Source: Longimicrobiales bacterium (GTDB lineage: Bacteria > Gemmatimonadota > Gemmatimonadetes > Longimicrobiales > Gaopeijiaceae). From it: DNA of 64,000 bases. Under the pieces are notes generated by a model. That model was given only the letters and a program-made list of their open reading frames with translations, searched no databases and was not told the DNA's origin. Of this stretch, positions 41,180 through 51,618 are shown piece after piece; within the stretch, counting starts at the first letter, position 1, and each line of letters begins with the position of its first letter. A program made the translations under genes and the position numbers. The stretch lies in assembly GCA_041690395.1 (NCBI GenBank), contig JAWLHJ010000005.1:320001-384000 (forward strand). Direction: 5' to 3'.

Positions 41180-42454
41180 ATGCCCCATCGAGCCCGTTCC
41201 GTCCTGCCCCTCGGCCTCCTGGTGGCGTTCGGCGCCCTGGCCCTCGGCGGGTGCGAGTCGATCTCCGGACCGGGCGACCCCGACGGCCCGCCACCGGAGA
41301 TCACCCGGCTGCCACGCCCGTTGACGGCCACCGAGACCGAGGCGCTCGGCGCGAGCAACCGCTTCGGGCTCGACCTGCTCGACGTGATCCTCACCGACGC
41401 CCCGGGCGAGACCCACTTCCTGTCGCCGCTCAGCGCGTCGATGGCGCTCGGTATGGCGCTCAACGGCGCCGACGGAGAGACCCTCGACCGCATGCGGGAG
41501 ACGCTCCGCTTCGGCGGTCTCGAGGAGGAGGAGATCAACGACGCGTATCTCGGACTCCTCGATCTGCTCGACGACCTCGACCCCCGAGTCTCCTTCCAGA
41601 TCGCCAACGCGATCTGGTACCGGGACGGCCTCATTCCGCGTCCGGGCTTCGTCTCACGGGTGACGGAGCATTTCCGGGCGGCCGTCGAGGGCGTCGACTT
41701 CGGCGACCCGTCGGCCGCCGAGGAGATCAACGCGTGGGTCGAGGGGGCGACCGAGGGACGCATCGAGGACATGGTCAAGCCGCCGATCCCCGGCAACGTG
41801 GTCGCCATGCTTTTGAACGCCATCCACTTCAAGGGTGACTGGCGGGAGCAGTTCGATGTGGCCCAGACCAGGGAGGCGCCCTTCCACGGGCCCGGCGGTC
41901 CCGCGGGTACGGTGCAGCTCATGGACCAGGACGAGGAGTTCCGGTCCCACTTCACGCCGTCGTATGCCGCGGTCGAACTCCCCTACGGTGGGGGCGCGTT
42001 CGTGATGGACGTGATCGTGCCTGTCGGGGATGCGTCGGTGGCCGGGGTCCTGGACGAGCTCGCGGATGGCGGATGGAACGATCTCACCGATCAGCTCGCG
42101 GCCCGGTCCCCGAGCCGTGTTCGCGTCCTGTTGCCGCGCTTCGAACTCGAGTGGGAGCGCACACTCAACGACGACCTCACCCAGTTGGGGATGGGGATCG
42201 CGTTCGGGGGCGGGGCCGACTTCACCCGCATGTTCGAAGGCTCGAGCCCCTGGATCGACGAGGTGCGGCAGAAGAGCTTCGTCCGCGTCGACGAGGAGGG
42301 CACGGAGGCCGCAGCCGCGACCATCGTGGTCATGGTGGAATCCGCCCCGCCCGAAGTGCGGGCGGACCGTCCCTTCCTCTTCGCGATCCGGGAGCGGCTC
42401 TCCGGCACGATCCTCTTCCTGGCCTCGGTGATGCAGCCGCCGGCCGCGCCCTGA
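41180..42454 (+). CDS. Serpin (lipoprotein)
   Basis: Lipobox 'LGGC'; 'SPLS', 'NAIHFKGDW', hinge 'EEGTEAAAAT', 'ADRPFLFAIRE'. Confidence 0.95.
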   Translation: MPHRARSVLPLGLLVAFGALALGGCESISGPGDPDGPPPEITRLPRPLTATETEALGASNRFGLDLLDVILTDAPGETHFLSPLSASMALGMALNGADGETLDRMRETLRFGGLEEEEINDAYLGLLDLLDDLDPRVSFQIANAIWYRDGLIPRPGFVSRVTEHFRAAVEGVDFGDPSAAEEINAWVEGATEGRIEDMVKPPIPGNVVAMLLNAIHFKGDWREQFDVAQTREAPFHGPGGPAGTVQLMDQDEEFRSHFTPSYAAVELPYGGGAFVMDVIVPVGDASVAGVLDELADGGWNDLTDQLAARSPSRVRVLLPRFELEWERTLNDDLTQLGMGIAFGGGADFTRMFEGSSPWIDEVRQKSFVRVDEEGTEAAAATIVVMVESAPPEVRADRPFLFAIRERLSGTILFLASVMQPPAAP

Positions 42455-42455
42455 T

Positions 42456-43097
42456 TCAGGGGCTGCCGTCCGACCACGCCGCGACGGGCACGACCAGATA
42501 GTTGAAGATCCGTCCCAGGTGGGTCACCGTGACCGAGCCCCCCTCCGGGAGCGCCATCGCCTCGTTGGAAAAGGCCGGGTGGAAGATCATCACGTGCGGG
42601 CGCCAGGCGCCGACCGCCGGCCCCTCGGGCGTGGCGTGGAGCCTCTGGCCCCTGGAGAGCATGGTCGTGTAGACGGGCCGCTCCGGCTCGGCGAGCGCGC
42701 CGGTCACATACAGCGCCTCGACGGAGTCGACGGCCGCGCGGTAGGGTAGCCCCGCCGCGCGTAGCTGCTCGATCCGGCGCACGCCCGGGACCAGCGTCCG
42801 CGTGCCCTCGGGGTCGTAGTAGATGGGCGCCAGGCTCTCCGGATGGTCGCGCTCGACCAGGCACGTCCATCCGTTGGTGCCGCGTGCATGAAGCCGGAAT
42901 CCGTCCTCCGCCAGGACCCAGACGTCGGCGTGATCGGAGATGTCCGCAGTGGCCGCGGACCGCGCGAGGGCGGCCTCCTCCGCAGGATCGAGCAGGGGCA
43001 GGGGCGTACGTTGCGCGTGGGCGTGTGCCGGCGCGATGAGCAGAAGCAGGGCTCCCGTCGTGATGACTCGCGCGAGTAGTCGGGGTGGGCGTGGCAT
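42456..43097 (-). CDS. Exported hypothetical protein
   Basis: Signal peptide ending AHA; 'GTNGWTCLVER', 'WRPHVMIF'. Confidence 0.7.
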   Translation of the reverse strand: MPRPPRLLARVITTGALLLLIAPAHAHAQRTPLPLLDPAEEAALARSAATADISDHADVWVLAEDGFRLHARGTNGWTCLVERDHPESLAPIYYDPEGTRTLVPGVRRIEQLRAAGLPYRAAVDSVEALYVTGALAEPERPVYTTMLSRGQRLHATPEGPAVGAWRPHVMIFHPAFSNEAMALPEGGSVTVTHLGRIFNYLVVPVAAWSDGSP

Positions 43098-43166
43098 GGT
43101 CGAGAATCGACATGCCGGGCGTGCGGTACACCCGCGCGGGATCCCGCCTGCGGGACCTTCGGATAC

Positions 43167-46058
43167 TCAGGGCTGCGGCTCTACCGCAAAGAATCCGGTC
43201 ATCGTTCCGGTACTCTCGAACTCACCCGTCTCCGTCCCTATCGCACCGAAAGAGCTCACGGATGTCTGGATGAGAATCACGACACGGTCGGGTTGCTCCG
43301 GGTCGGACGGTGCCGCGAAGTCCAGGACCTGGTCCAGGGAGAGCGTCGGGTTGGACCCGCCGCACGTTCCCTGGATGGGCCCGGTGGAATCTTCGGGCGG
43401 GAGCACCTCGCCGCTGGGATTCACCCGGACCACGGTCACGCTCACGCCCGTCTGATCGGGGGACCCGAGCGAAACGGCGAAGTCACACGCGAGCTCAACC
43501 CGGAGCCGATGGCTCACGGCTTCGCCGATCTCCAGGTCGAATCGGGTCGCCAGGCTGAACCCGGCTCCCGCGGCGCTGGCGCGGATGCCGAACGGATCGC
43601 CCATGTCGACGGCGTTGGACCGTCCCAGAGTGGTGATGTCCAGATCCAGGCGGGTGCCGTCCACGGAGCCCGTGAGCGTTCCCTCGTAGCTCGCATCGGC
43701 GAAGAACGATGCGCTCACGCAGTCCTCCGAGCCTGGAGGCGCGTCCGCGAACGTCCCCGAGGCGCTCAGCGCGTGTGCGAGGGTTTCGGACCGGTCGACC
43801 CAGACGTGCTCCTGGGCCGCAGGCACGGTCGGATCGATGCCCTCTTCCGACAGCGTGATGTCCTCGAACTCTTCGTCCAGGTCGGGGTTGCCACAGGATC
43901 CGGGCGAAGCGAAGGGAAACGTGATCTCGGTGAACGCCAGGTGGTACGCGGCGAGCCCGGCACAGAGACCGTAGCGGAGGGTCACCCGGTCTTCGACCTC
44001 GGGGTTCTCGGCCACATAGGCGCGGATGGTGACCGTGCCGCTGCCCGAGGCCGGCGCCTGGTAATCGACGGCCTCGCCCGTGGGGGCGGACAGCGTACCC
44101 GCTCCGGATTCGATCTCCCAGCTCACGGTGATCTGACCGGGCCCGCCGGCGAGCGCGGTGAGCGGCTGGACCTCACCAGGCGCCATGCAGGCGCTGCGCG
44201 GCGAGATCTCGATATGCTCGTCCACGAAGATGTCGAGTGTCCCCAAGCGTTCCGGTGTCACCGGGGGAAGCTCCTTCGACGTGCTGCGGGCGGTGATGGA
44301 GGTCGGATAGAGATCCCGGTCGTGCGGGGTGGCCAACTCGATGGTGAACACGCCGTCGGCGAACGTGGGAACGACGGCTCCCAGCTCCGGATCGGGGATG
44401 ACTTCCACGTCCTCGGGTCCCGCGTGGCGCGCGTTGTCGATCCGGAACTTCACGGTGCTGGTCTCGCCCGGGTTCTCCACGAGGAGGGTGGAAGGAATCC
44501 AGACGACCTCCTTTCGCAGCACCTCCATGGGCCGGTCCTCGAAGCCGAAGGGGCTGGGGAAGGCTTCCTCCTGGGTGCGCACGCGCAAGGTGGCCGGCCC
44601 GATCCGGAGCGGATTCAGCTTCCGCATGTCCGCTCCGTCGATCTCGAAGGCATCACCCTCCAGGACCTCGGCCCGGACCCACTCGTCCCCGGAGTCGTCG
44701 GGCACGACCACCGGCCCGAACTCGGTAGCGTCGACGGACCAGCATTCTGCGCTGGGCTCCTGGTCGAGCTCGTCGAGGCGCGCGTTGAGGGCCTCCTTGG
44801 CCGCGATGTCCACCGCGCCCACCGCCGTGTTGGCCACGGCGCCGCGGAACGCCGGTGGGAGCCCAACCGCCGTGGTGATGAAGTCGAGACCGGTGCGCGC
44901 CAGGCCCATCCCATTGTTCGACGCCCAGATCTTCGCGAAGGACCAGCGGATCTCCGGGTCGCCCCGCTCCGTGTCCCAGTCCTCCTCGACGCGGTCCTGG
45001 GGTAGCTGGAACTCGAGACGCGTGATGGCGCCGGGATACAGGTTCGCTCGCATCTGCTGAAGGACGGAGGCGCCGAAGGCCACCCAGCCGGCCACCTGAC
45101 CGACCACCGGCACGGCGAGCCCCATCACCGCGAACGCCGTACCCACGTCCGAGATGGTGCTCTTGAGAGGGCCGAGGCTGTCGTCGGCTCCTCGCGCCGC
45201 CTTCAGGTAGTCGCTCAGGGTTTGTGGGTCGTCCAGGCCGAACCAGTCGGGCGGCACGGATCCGAGGGACGTGCAGGTGCCGAGGTGCGAGCTCAGCGCC
45301 GGCGCGTCGGCGGGCGCGGCGCTGGTTGCTGCCGGTCCGCTCGATGCGGGCAGCGCCGGCAGCGCCTCCAGGCCGTTCAGGGCCGCCGCGAGGTCCATCC
45401 GGGCCAGCAACGCCTGGGTGAAGGCCGCCTCGGAAGCGCTCATCTCCGCGAGCTCGGAGGCGGGATCGAACGCATCGATAGCCTCGAACAACAACGCTAC
45501 CGGCACGGCCTCCGGCGACAGCTCCGCCAGGCTGGCCTGCATGAGCTCGGTCCGTGTCGAGCCGACCTGCGCCGCGAGCCACTCGGCCTGAGCCTCCAGG
45601 GCAGCCTCGAGGTCGCCAAGGGGATCGCCTTCCGCGGCTTCGATGGGAAGCACCTCGATCTCGAGGGGCTCACAGGAACGCTGTCCGTCGGTCACACGGA
45701 GAAGGAGCGTCCCACCCCCCATGAGGTCGTCGGGATTCGCCGGCACCGCGATCTCGGCCCCACCGGTCTCTGCCGCGAAGAGCGCGGTGATCCCGGTCGC
45801 CCCGCCCTCGGACTCGTACTCGACCCACGCCTCGCCGACGATGTCCTCGATTCCCGTCACCGCGACGCGCTCGAACGGCTCGGCGGCCGCAGCGCCCAGG
45901 GCGGCGTCCGTGCAGTAGGCCACGGGGGGCGTCGGATCGTCTCCGGGCGGGTCCGTGTTGGGCGGATCGTCAACCGAGGATGGGGAGTCTCCGCAGGCGC
46001 TGAGCAGTGTGGTTACCGCGAGGATCGCCGGGGCCAGGAAACGGGGGGGACGTCGCAT
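43167..46058 (-). CDS. Large acidic lipoprotein of unknown function, probable Ig-like domain(s)
   Basis: Lipobox 'LLSAC' then Pro/Asp linker; beta-rich 'VSWEIESGAGTLS...YQAP' segment. Confidence 0.7.
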   Translation of the reverse strand: MRRPPRFLAPAILAVTTLLSACGDSPSSVDDPPNTDPPGDDPTPPVAYCTDAALGAAAAEPFERVAVTGIEDIVGEAWVEYESEGGATGITALFAAETGGAEIAVPANPDDLMGGGTLLLRVTDGQRSCEPLEIEVLPIEAAEGDPLGDLEAALEAQAEWLAAQVGSTRTELMQASLAELSPEAVPVALLFEAIDAFDPASELAEMSASEAAFTQALLARMDLAAALNGLEALPALPASSGPAATSAAPADAPALSSHLGTCTSLGSVPPDWFGLDDPQTLSDYLKAARGADDSLGPLKSTISDVGTAFAVMGLAVPVVGQVAGWVAFGASVLQQMRANLYPGAITRLEFQLPQDRVEEDWDTERGDPEIRWSFAKIWASNNGMGLARTGLDFITTAVGLPPAFRGAVANTAVGAVDIAAKEALNARLDELDQEPSAECWSVDATEFGPVVVPDDSGDEWVRAEVLEGDAFEIDGADMRKLNPLRIGPATLRVRTQEEAFPSPFGFEDRPMEVLRKEVVWIPSTLLVENPGETSTVKFRIDNARHAGPEDVEVIPDPELGAVVPTFADGVFTIELATPHDRDLYPTSITARSTSKELPPVTPERLGTLDIFVDEHIEISPRSACMAPGEVQPLTALAGGPGQITVSWEIESGAGTLSAPTGEAVDYQAPASGSGTVTIRAYVAENPEVEDRVTLRYGLCAGLAAYHLAFTEITFPFASPGSCGNPDLDEEFEDITLSEEGIDPTVPAAQEHVWVDRSETLAHALSASGTFADAPPGSEDCVSASFFADASYEGTLTGSVDGTRLDLDITTLGRSNAVDMGDPFGIRASAAGAGFSLATRFDLEIGEAVSHRLRVELACDFAVSLGSPDQTGVSVTVVRVNPSGEVLPPEDSTGPIQGTCGGSNPTLSLDQVLDFAAPSDPEQPDRVVILIQTSVSSFGAIGTETGEFESTGTMTGFFAVEPQP

Positions 46059-46352
46059 GGCGAGACAGGGGCTGAGGTGGACATTCCGTCGCTCAGGCGC
46101 CGGGCTCCACTTCAGGAAGCGCAACCACGCAAAACAATAGAGGCCCGAACGCCCTCATCGGTCCGGATCCCAAGGTAGGGGGCGGGTTCTATGCGTGCAA
46201 CAATACCCCGCCCGAGACCCGTCCTCATCGCGCGCTGGACCTCGTAGTCGACGCGGGGCCGGCGTTTGTGCTCGTCCCCTTGTGCGTCGGGCTTGCGACC
46301 CCTACCGGTGAATGCCGGGTCGGGCCCCGGGCGACTCCAACTCAGAGGGAAG

Positions 46353-47003
46353 ATGAGCCAGCCATGGAAGGTGGGTGTCCTGCTCACCCTCGCCGTCGCC
46401 TTCCCCGGCGCGGAGCTCCGCGGCCAGGCCATCCAGGAGGTCCTGACGCCGGAGATGGAGATCTCCCGGGGCTACGAGACATGGTCCCTCTTCCTCGTCT
46501 GCAATCCCGAGTGGGCCAGCCCCGACGCGTTCGAGCGCATCGAGGACATGTGGAACGCCTTCACGGGATTCGGACGAGCCATCGGGGACGACCACCTCGC
46601 GGTATGGTTCTGGCGGCAGGACCCGAGGTGGGGCACCGAGCAGCTCGTGGAGGACGTGGACGTCGAGCGGGCCGCACGCTTCTGCGACCTGTACGACCTG
46701 ATGCCGAGCCGAAGCCCCCACGTCCTGGTGACCACCTCCTACCCGACCCCGGACGAGCGGGTGGAGGAGTACGGGACGGTCCAGCTGGCGGGCGCCGAGC
46801 CCGCCGAGATCCGCCAGTTCCTGATCTCCCTGGCGGACGCGCTCTACGCGGGCGACATCGCGAGCCTCGACCCCGCGACCGAGACGTTCTGGTTCCGCCT
46901 CTTCGAGGCGATCCGCGCGCCGATCCGTCGGCTGGGCGAAGACGTCTCCGTCTCCATCGAGTCCGGGCCGCTGAGCCTCCGCTGGTCGGGCGGCGGCCGG
47001 TAG
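46353..47003 (+). CDS. Exported hypothetical protein
   Basis: Signal-peptide-like N-terminus, SD-like GAGGG, host-like codon usage. Confidence 0.65.
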   Translation: MSQPWKVGVLLTLAVAFPGAELRGQAIQEVLTPEMEISRGYETWSLFLVCNPEWASPDAFERIEDMWNAFTGFGRAIGDDHLAVWFWRQDPRWGTEQLVEDVDVERAARFCDLYDLMPSRSPHVLVTTSYPTPDERVEEYGTVQLAGAEPAEIRQFLISLADALYAGDIASLDPATETFWFRLFEAIRAPIRRLGEDVSVSIESGPLSLRWSGGGR

Positions 47004-47017
47004 CGGGCCCCGCCACG

Positions 47018-47275
47018 ATGGCGATCACGCGCTGGCACTACGGGAAGCTGATCCTCCTGTGGACGTGGGGAGCCCTCGCCGTGGTGGTGCTCTTCTACGT
47101 GGCCACCGATCTGGAGCCGGACGGCCGCGACTCCGTCACCTCCATCTTCGGCCTCGTCCTGATCGCGTGCATGATCGCGATTCCGGCGGCGCTCTCCGTC
47201 GTGACCTGGAAGTGGCTCGGCGGGAGGGAGCGGGGCTTGGACGACGAGCCGCCCTCGGAGCAGGGCCCGGCCTGA
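47018..47275 (+). CDS. Small two-TM hypothetical protein
   Basis: MAITRWHYGKLILLW...; two hydrophobic helices. Confidence 0.6.
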   Translation: MAITRWHYGKLILLWTWGALAVVVLFYVATDLEPDGRDSVTSIFGLVLIACMIAIPAALSVVTWKWLGGRERGLDDEPPSEQGPA

Positions 47276-47299
47276 ACGGAGACCTCCGCCCTCAGGTCG

Positions 47300-48220
47300 C
47301 TACTGCTTCTCTCCGTACCCTACCAGCACGCCCGTCGCCCCCGAACCTTCGCGATGCGCGACCACGAAGAGCATCCGCTCGTCAGCCTCGTGTCGGGCCC
47401 ACAGCGATCCGTGCTCCTCCGCGCCGTTGCGGACCCGGTGCTCGACCTTCACCTCGTACCCCTCCGCCTCGAGCGCCTCGAGGTAGGAGGCGAGAAGCTC
47501 CGACGCACCGCTCTCGGACTCCCATGCGACGGCACCCAGCCGCCCCCTGTCCGAGTCCAGCGAAAGGACCGGCGTCGCCCGGCCGGGCACGTCGCCGAAG
47601 CTTCCGACCCAATCGGGCATGCTCGACGCGTTGTCGCCGAACGCGGCCACGGCCTGGCCCTCGTCGGTGTGGATCCGGATCTGCCCGCCGTCGTCTCCGT
47701 CGACGAACTCGACGCGCACCCGGCCCTCGTCCGAATCGATGGTGAGCAGCCCGCCCTGGTCCGTGCGGGCCAGATCGAACGCGATGCGGCCTTCGTCCGA
47801 GCTGATGCTGAGCGATGCCACCTCCTGCGTCTCCGCGGTCGATGGATCGGGATGGGTCTGGCCGTCGGTGGTCTCGAGCGGCGCCGACATCGCTCTCAGG
47901 ACCTCGGCCGGTCCGTCACCACCTTCCACGCCGGAAAGCAGGGCCACGCCCCGTTCCGGGCGCAGGGAGACGAGGTCCTCGGCCGTGGCCAGGCGTGCCG
48001 CCATCCTGGCCAGGGCCACGTTCGGCGCCGCGCCCAGCTCGCGGGTCACCACGTTCCGGATCTCGTGCCGTACCTCGTTCGCCACCTTGTAGGCGACGAA
48101 CCCCGCGCCCAGCGTCCCCACCAGGGCGAAGAAGCCCAGCGCCACGAAGACCCACCCCAGCGGGGAAAGGCCCCGGCCCGCTCTCGATCCAGTGACCGCG
48201 ATCTCGAATTCATCGTGCAT
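47300..48220 (-). CDS. Membrane-anchored hypothetical protein
   Basis: Single N-terminal TM, beta-rich repeats 'SDEGR'. Confidence 0.65.
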   Translation of the reverse strand: MHDEFEIAVTGSRAGRGLSPLGWVFVALGFFALVGTLGAGFVAYKVANEVRHEIRNVVTRELGAAPNVALARMAARLATAEDLVSLRPERGVALLSGVEGGDGPAEVLRAMSAPLETTDGQTHPDPSTAETQEVASLSISSDEGRIAFDLARTDQGGLLTIDSDEGRVRVEFVDGDDGGQIRIHTDEGQAVAAFGDNASSMPDWVGSFGDVPGRATPVLSLDSDRGRLGAVAWESESGASELLASYLEALEAEGYEVKVEHRVRNGAEEHGSLWARHEADERMLFVVAHREGSGATGVLVGYGEKQ

Positions 48221-48390
48221 CGATCGTCTCCCCCGTCATCGTTCCTCGACCCCTCGCGTCCACTCCCTACGGGTCGGGCGGTGTCGAAGATTCGCCCGCA
48301 TGAGGCAGATGCCCGGGCGCCCGGGAGCGGTGCCCGGACGCCCCGGGGAGTGCAGGGGGATCTTGCTGACGGGGGCGGCGCCCCGCGTCC

Positions 48391-48825
48391 TCAGATCCTC
48401 TGGTGGTCGGCTCTCCAGTTCCGCACGGCCGCCTTGATCGACTTCCGGTCCGCGAGCTCGCCGTCGAGGACGCGCCGCACCAGGCCCTCGAGCTCGTCGT
48501 CCGACGTGAAGCGCAGCCCGACGATGTGGTCGGTCGAGATCTCGTCGATGCGGCCGCGGAGGTCGTCGGGGAGCCGCTGCATGCGGATCCGCTCTTCCAG
48601 GCGGATGACCCGGTCCTGCACGCCCAGCGGGAACGCGCGGGCGAAGAATGCGGCCAGGAGCACCCCGATTGCGAATACGAGCGTCATCAGGGCGCCCAAC
48701 GAGAACCCGGTGACGGCCACATAGGCGAAGTAGATGGTGGGCACGAGGAGGAACGACATGGTCCAGTAGTGATACAGCGGCACCATCTTCGCGTGGCTGG
48801 CGAAGCTCTGAGACGTCTCGGGCAT
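48391..48825 (-). CDS. DUF6526-like membrane protein
   Basis: 'QSFASHA...P.YH', 'QDRVIRLEE', 'IKAAVRNWRADHQR'. Confidence 0.75.
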   Translation of the reverse strand: MPETSQSFASHAKMVPLYHYWTMSFLLVPTIYFAYVAVTGFSLGALMTLVFAIGVLLAAFFARAFPLGVQDRVIRLEERIRMQRLPDDLRGRIDEISTDHIVGLRFTSDDELEGLVRRVLDGELADRKSIKAAVRNWRADHQRI

Positions 48826-48844
48826 GGGGCTCTCCAGGGGTCGG

Positions 48845-49651
48845 TCAGGCGATGAGCTCGCCGGGCAACTCGGTCTCGACGACGTCACTACCCTCCAGCG
48901 CGACGTGATAGACACGCGCGTCCTCCCGCGTCTTCACCACGCGCCGCACCTCGTTGTCCACGAAGTGGATGCCCGCGTCGTTGTCGCACGCATACCCGGG
49001 CTTCAGCTCCCCCGACGCGATCATGCGGTGGTACGTGGGGCGGCGTACGGCCTCGGCGTCGTAGTGGGGCGAGTGGCTCCCCCGCAGGAATCCCAGGCAC
49101 TCGACCTTGGTGACCTCCTGCGGCCGTGAATCGGTCGTGCCCTCCTCGAACCAGCAGAGAGAGCCCGCGCTCGCGCCCCCGAGCACGATCCCCCGGTTCC
49201 ACGCCTCGCGCAGCACCTCGTCGATGCCCTGGGCGCGCCAGATGGCCTGCTGGTTCAGCGTGTTTCCTCCGGATACCACGATGCCGTCCACCGACAGGAA
49301 GATCTCCTCCCAGCTCCGGTCCGTGCGGTAGCTGCTGATGAAGCTCTCCTGGGCCGACGGCTCGACGTCGAGGGGCGCGCAGTACTCGTACCACCGGATG
49401 ATGCCCGACTCGCGGTCGGCCGATGCGGTCGGCAGGTAGCAGAGCTTCGGCCGCTCCTGGCCGGTGAGCTCGGCCATGTAGCGGATGAAGGCCGTGCCGA
49501 ATCCACCGCCGGCGATGAGGATCTGGCGCGGGACGGGCTGGTGGTCGGGGCGTCCGGCCGCCCCGGTGCCGGCTGCGGTGGCGGTCGTGACGCCGGTGGT
49601 CAGGCCGAGGCCGGCCGCGGCGGAGGAGGCCAGGAATTCACGTCGGAGCAT
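48845..49651 (-). CDS. Peptidase E (S51) family with Tat signal
   Basis: 'LRREFL'; 'LPTASAD', 'SGGNT', 'GASAGS', 'PHYD'. Confidence 0.88.
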   Translation of the reverse strand: MLRREFLASSAAAGLGLTTGVTTATAAGTGAAGRPDHQPVPRQILIAGGGFGTAFIRYMAELTGQERPKLCYLPTASADRESGIIRWYEYCAPLDVEPSAQESFISSYRTDRSWEEIFLSVDGIVVSGGNTLNQQAIWRAQGIDEVLREAWNRGIVLGGASAGSLCWFEEGTTDSRPQEVTKVECLGFLRGSHSPHYDAEAVRRPTYHRMIASGELKPGYACDNDAGIHFVDNEVRRVVKTREDARVYHVALEGSDVVETELPGELIA

Positions 49652-49776
49652 CGGAAGGTCCTCATGGATACGGGGCAGGGCGGTGCGACGATCAACATCC
49701 GGTTCCGGGTATCGCGTGGCAAGCCGCGCGGGCCTATGCTTGCACCATGACTCCCACCTCTTCCTTGCGCCCAGCC

Positions 49777-51618
49777 ATGCGTCACGTTCTCCCGCTCCTC
49801 ACCGTGCTCCTCCTGATTCCGGCGTCGTTGCGGGGCCAGGCTCAGGACCCGGTTCGGTACGAGATCAGCTTCCCGAACCGTGCCCATCACGAGGCCGAGA
49901 TCCGCGTCACCTTTCCCGACCTGGATCCGGGCCCTCTCGAGGTCCGCATGAGTCGGACGTCGCCTGGACGATATGCGCTCCACGAGTTCGCCAAGAACGT
50001 TTACGGGGTGCGGGCGACGGGCGTCGACGGCCGCGAGGTCGTGGTCACGCGCCCGAACCCCCATCAGTGGGACGTGACGGAGCACGGCGGCGAGGTGACC
50101 CTGACGTACACCCTCTACGGGGACCGGGCGGACGGCACCTACACGGGCATCGACCGGACCCACGGGCACCTGAACATGCCGGCGACGTTCATGTGGGCGC
50201 GGGGGCTCGAGGCGAGACCCATCGAGCTCAGCGTGACGGTGCCGGAGGGGAGCGGCTGGCAGGTCGCGACGCAGCTGGTCGAGACGGACGATCCGTACCG
50301 ATTCACCGCGCCGGACCTAGCCTACTTCCTCGACAGCCCGACCGAGGTCTCGAGCTTGTGGCTCGAGCGCTGGCCGGTGACCGGGGCGACGGGAGGGGCG
50401 CGGCAGGCCGTGCGGGTGGCACTGCATCACGACGGCACGGAAGCCGACGCGGAGCGCTACGCCCGCGACGTGGCCGCCATCGTGGAAGCCTCGAAGGACG
50501 TGTACGGTGAGATGCCGCGCTTCGACTACGGGACCTACACGTTCCTGGCGGATTACCTGCCCTGGGTGGCCGGGGACGGCATGGAGCACCGGAACTCCAC
50601 CATCGTCTCGAACACGAGCTCGCTGGCCGAGAATCGCCTGGGCATCCTGGGGACGGTCGCCCACGAATTCTTCCATGCGTGGAGCATCGAGCGGATCCGG
50701 CCGGCGACCCTGGAGCCGTTCGACTTCGAGGAAGCGAACATGTCGCGGGAGCTCTGGTTCGGCGAAGGGTTCACGAGCTACTACGACGACCTGATTCTCT
50801 GGCGGGCCGGGCTCATCGACGACGGCGAGTTCGCGGCGCGGATGGGCTCCATCGCCGAGGCCGTGACCTCGGCCCCGGGCCGGCGGTTCTTCTCGCCGGT
50901 CGAGATGAGCATGCAGGCTCCGTTCGTCGACGCCGCCGTCTCCATCGATCCCCAGAACCGCGGCAACACGTTCCTGTCGTACTACACGTGGGGCTCGGGC
51001 GTGGCCCTCGGTCTCGACCTCACGCTGCGCAGGCGCTTCGAGGGCGTGACGCTCGACCACCTGATGCGCGAGATGTGGCGTGCCCACGGATCTCCGGAGA
51101 TCCCGTACGACGTGGACGACGTGGAGGCCGCGCTGGCACGCGTCACCGGGGACGCCGCGTTCGCCGCCGACTTCTTCCGTCGCTTCGTGCGCGGCCGCGA
51201 AGCACCCGACTACGGCGCGCTGCTCCGCGAGGCGGGCATCGCCTGGGAGCCGGCGCGTCCCGGTGCGGCCTGGATCGGACCGCTCCAGCTGCGGGCCGAC
51301 CCCGACGGTGCGGTGGTGAACGGGACGCCGCGCCTCGGGAGCCCCCTGTACGAGGCGGGACTCGACCGGAACGCCCGGATCCTCGATCTGGACGGCCGAC
51401 CGGTGACGTCGGCCGACGAGGTCGCGGCCGTGCTGGCCGAACACGGTCCCGGCGACCGGATTCCGGTCCGGTTCCGGAGCCGGGGCACGGAGCACCAGGC
51501 CGAGCTCCTGCTCGAGGAGGACCCGGCCCGCCGGGGCGTCCTGCTCCCGGCGGGGGAGCGGAGCGCGCAGCAGTCGGAGCGCCTGGAGTCGTGGCGAAGC
51601 CCTATCCGTGTCCCCTGA
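49777..51618 (+). CDS. M61 glycyl aminopeptidase with C-terminal PDZ
   Basis: 'GMEHRNS', 'HEFFHAW', 'LWFGEGFTSYY'; PDZ 'GSPLYEAGL'. Confidence 0.93.
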   Translation: MRHVLPLLTVLLLIPASLRGQAQDPVRYEISFPNRAHHEAEIRVTFPDLDPGPLEVRMSRTSPGRYALHEFAKNVYGVRATGVDGREVVVTRPNPHQWDVTEHGGEVTLTYTLYGDRADGTYTGIDRTHGHLNMPATFMWARGLEARPIELSVTVPEGSGWQVATQLVETDDPYRFTAPDLAYFLDSPTEVSSLWLERWPVTGATGGARQAVRVALHHDGTEADAERYARDVAAIVEASKDVYGEMPRFDYGTYTFLADYLPWVAGDGMEHRNSTIVSNTSSLAENRLGILGTVAHEFFHAWSIERIRPATLEPFDFEEANMSRELWFGEGFTSYYDDLILWRAGLIDDGEFAARMGSIAEAVTSAPGRRFFSPVEMSMQAPFVDAAVSIDPQNRGNTFLSYYTWGSGVALGLDLTLRRRFEGVTLDHLMREMWRAHGSPEIPYDVDDVEAALARVTGDAAFAADFFRRFVRGREAPDYGALLREAGIAWEPARPGAAWIGPLQLRADPDGAVVNGTPRLGSPLYEAGLDRNARILDLDGRPVTSADEVAAVLAEHGPGDRIPVRFRSRGTEHQAELLLEEDPARRGVLLPAGERSAQQSERLESWRSPIRVP

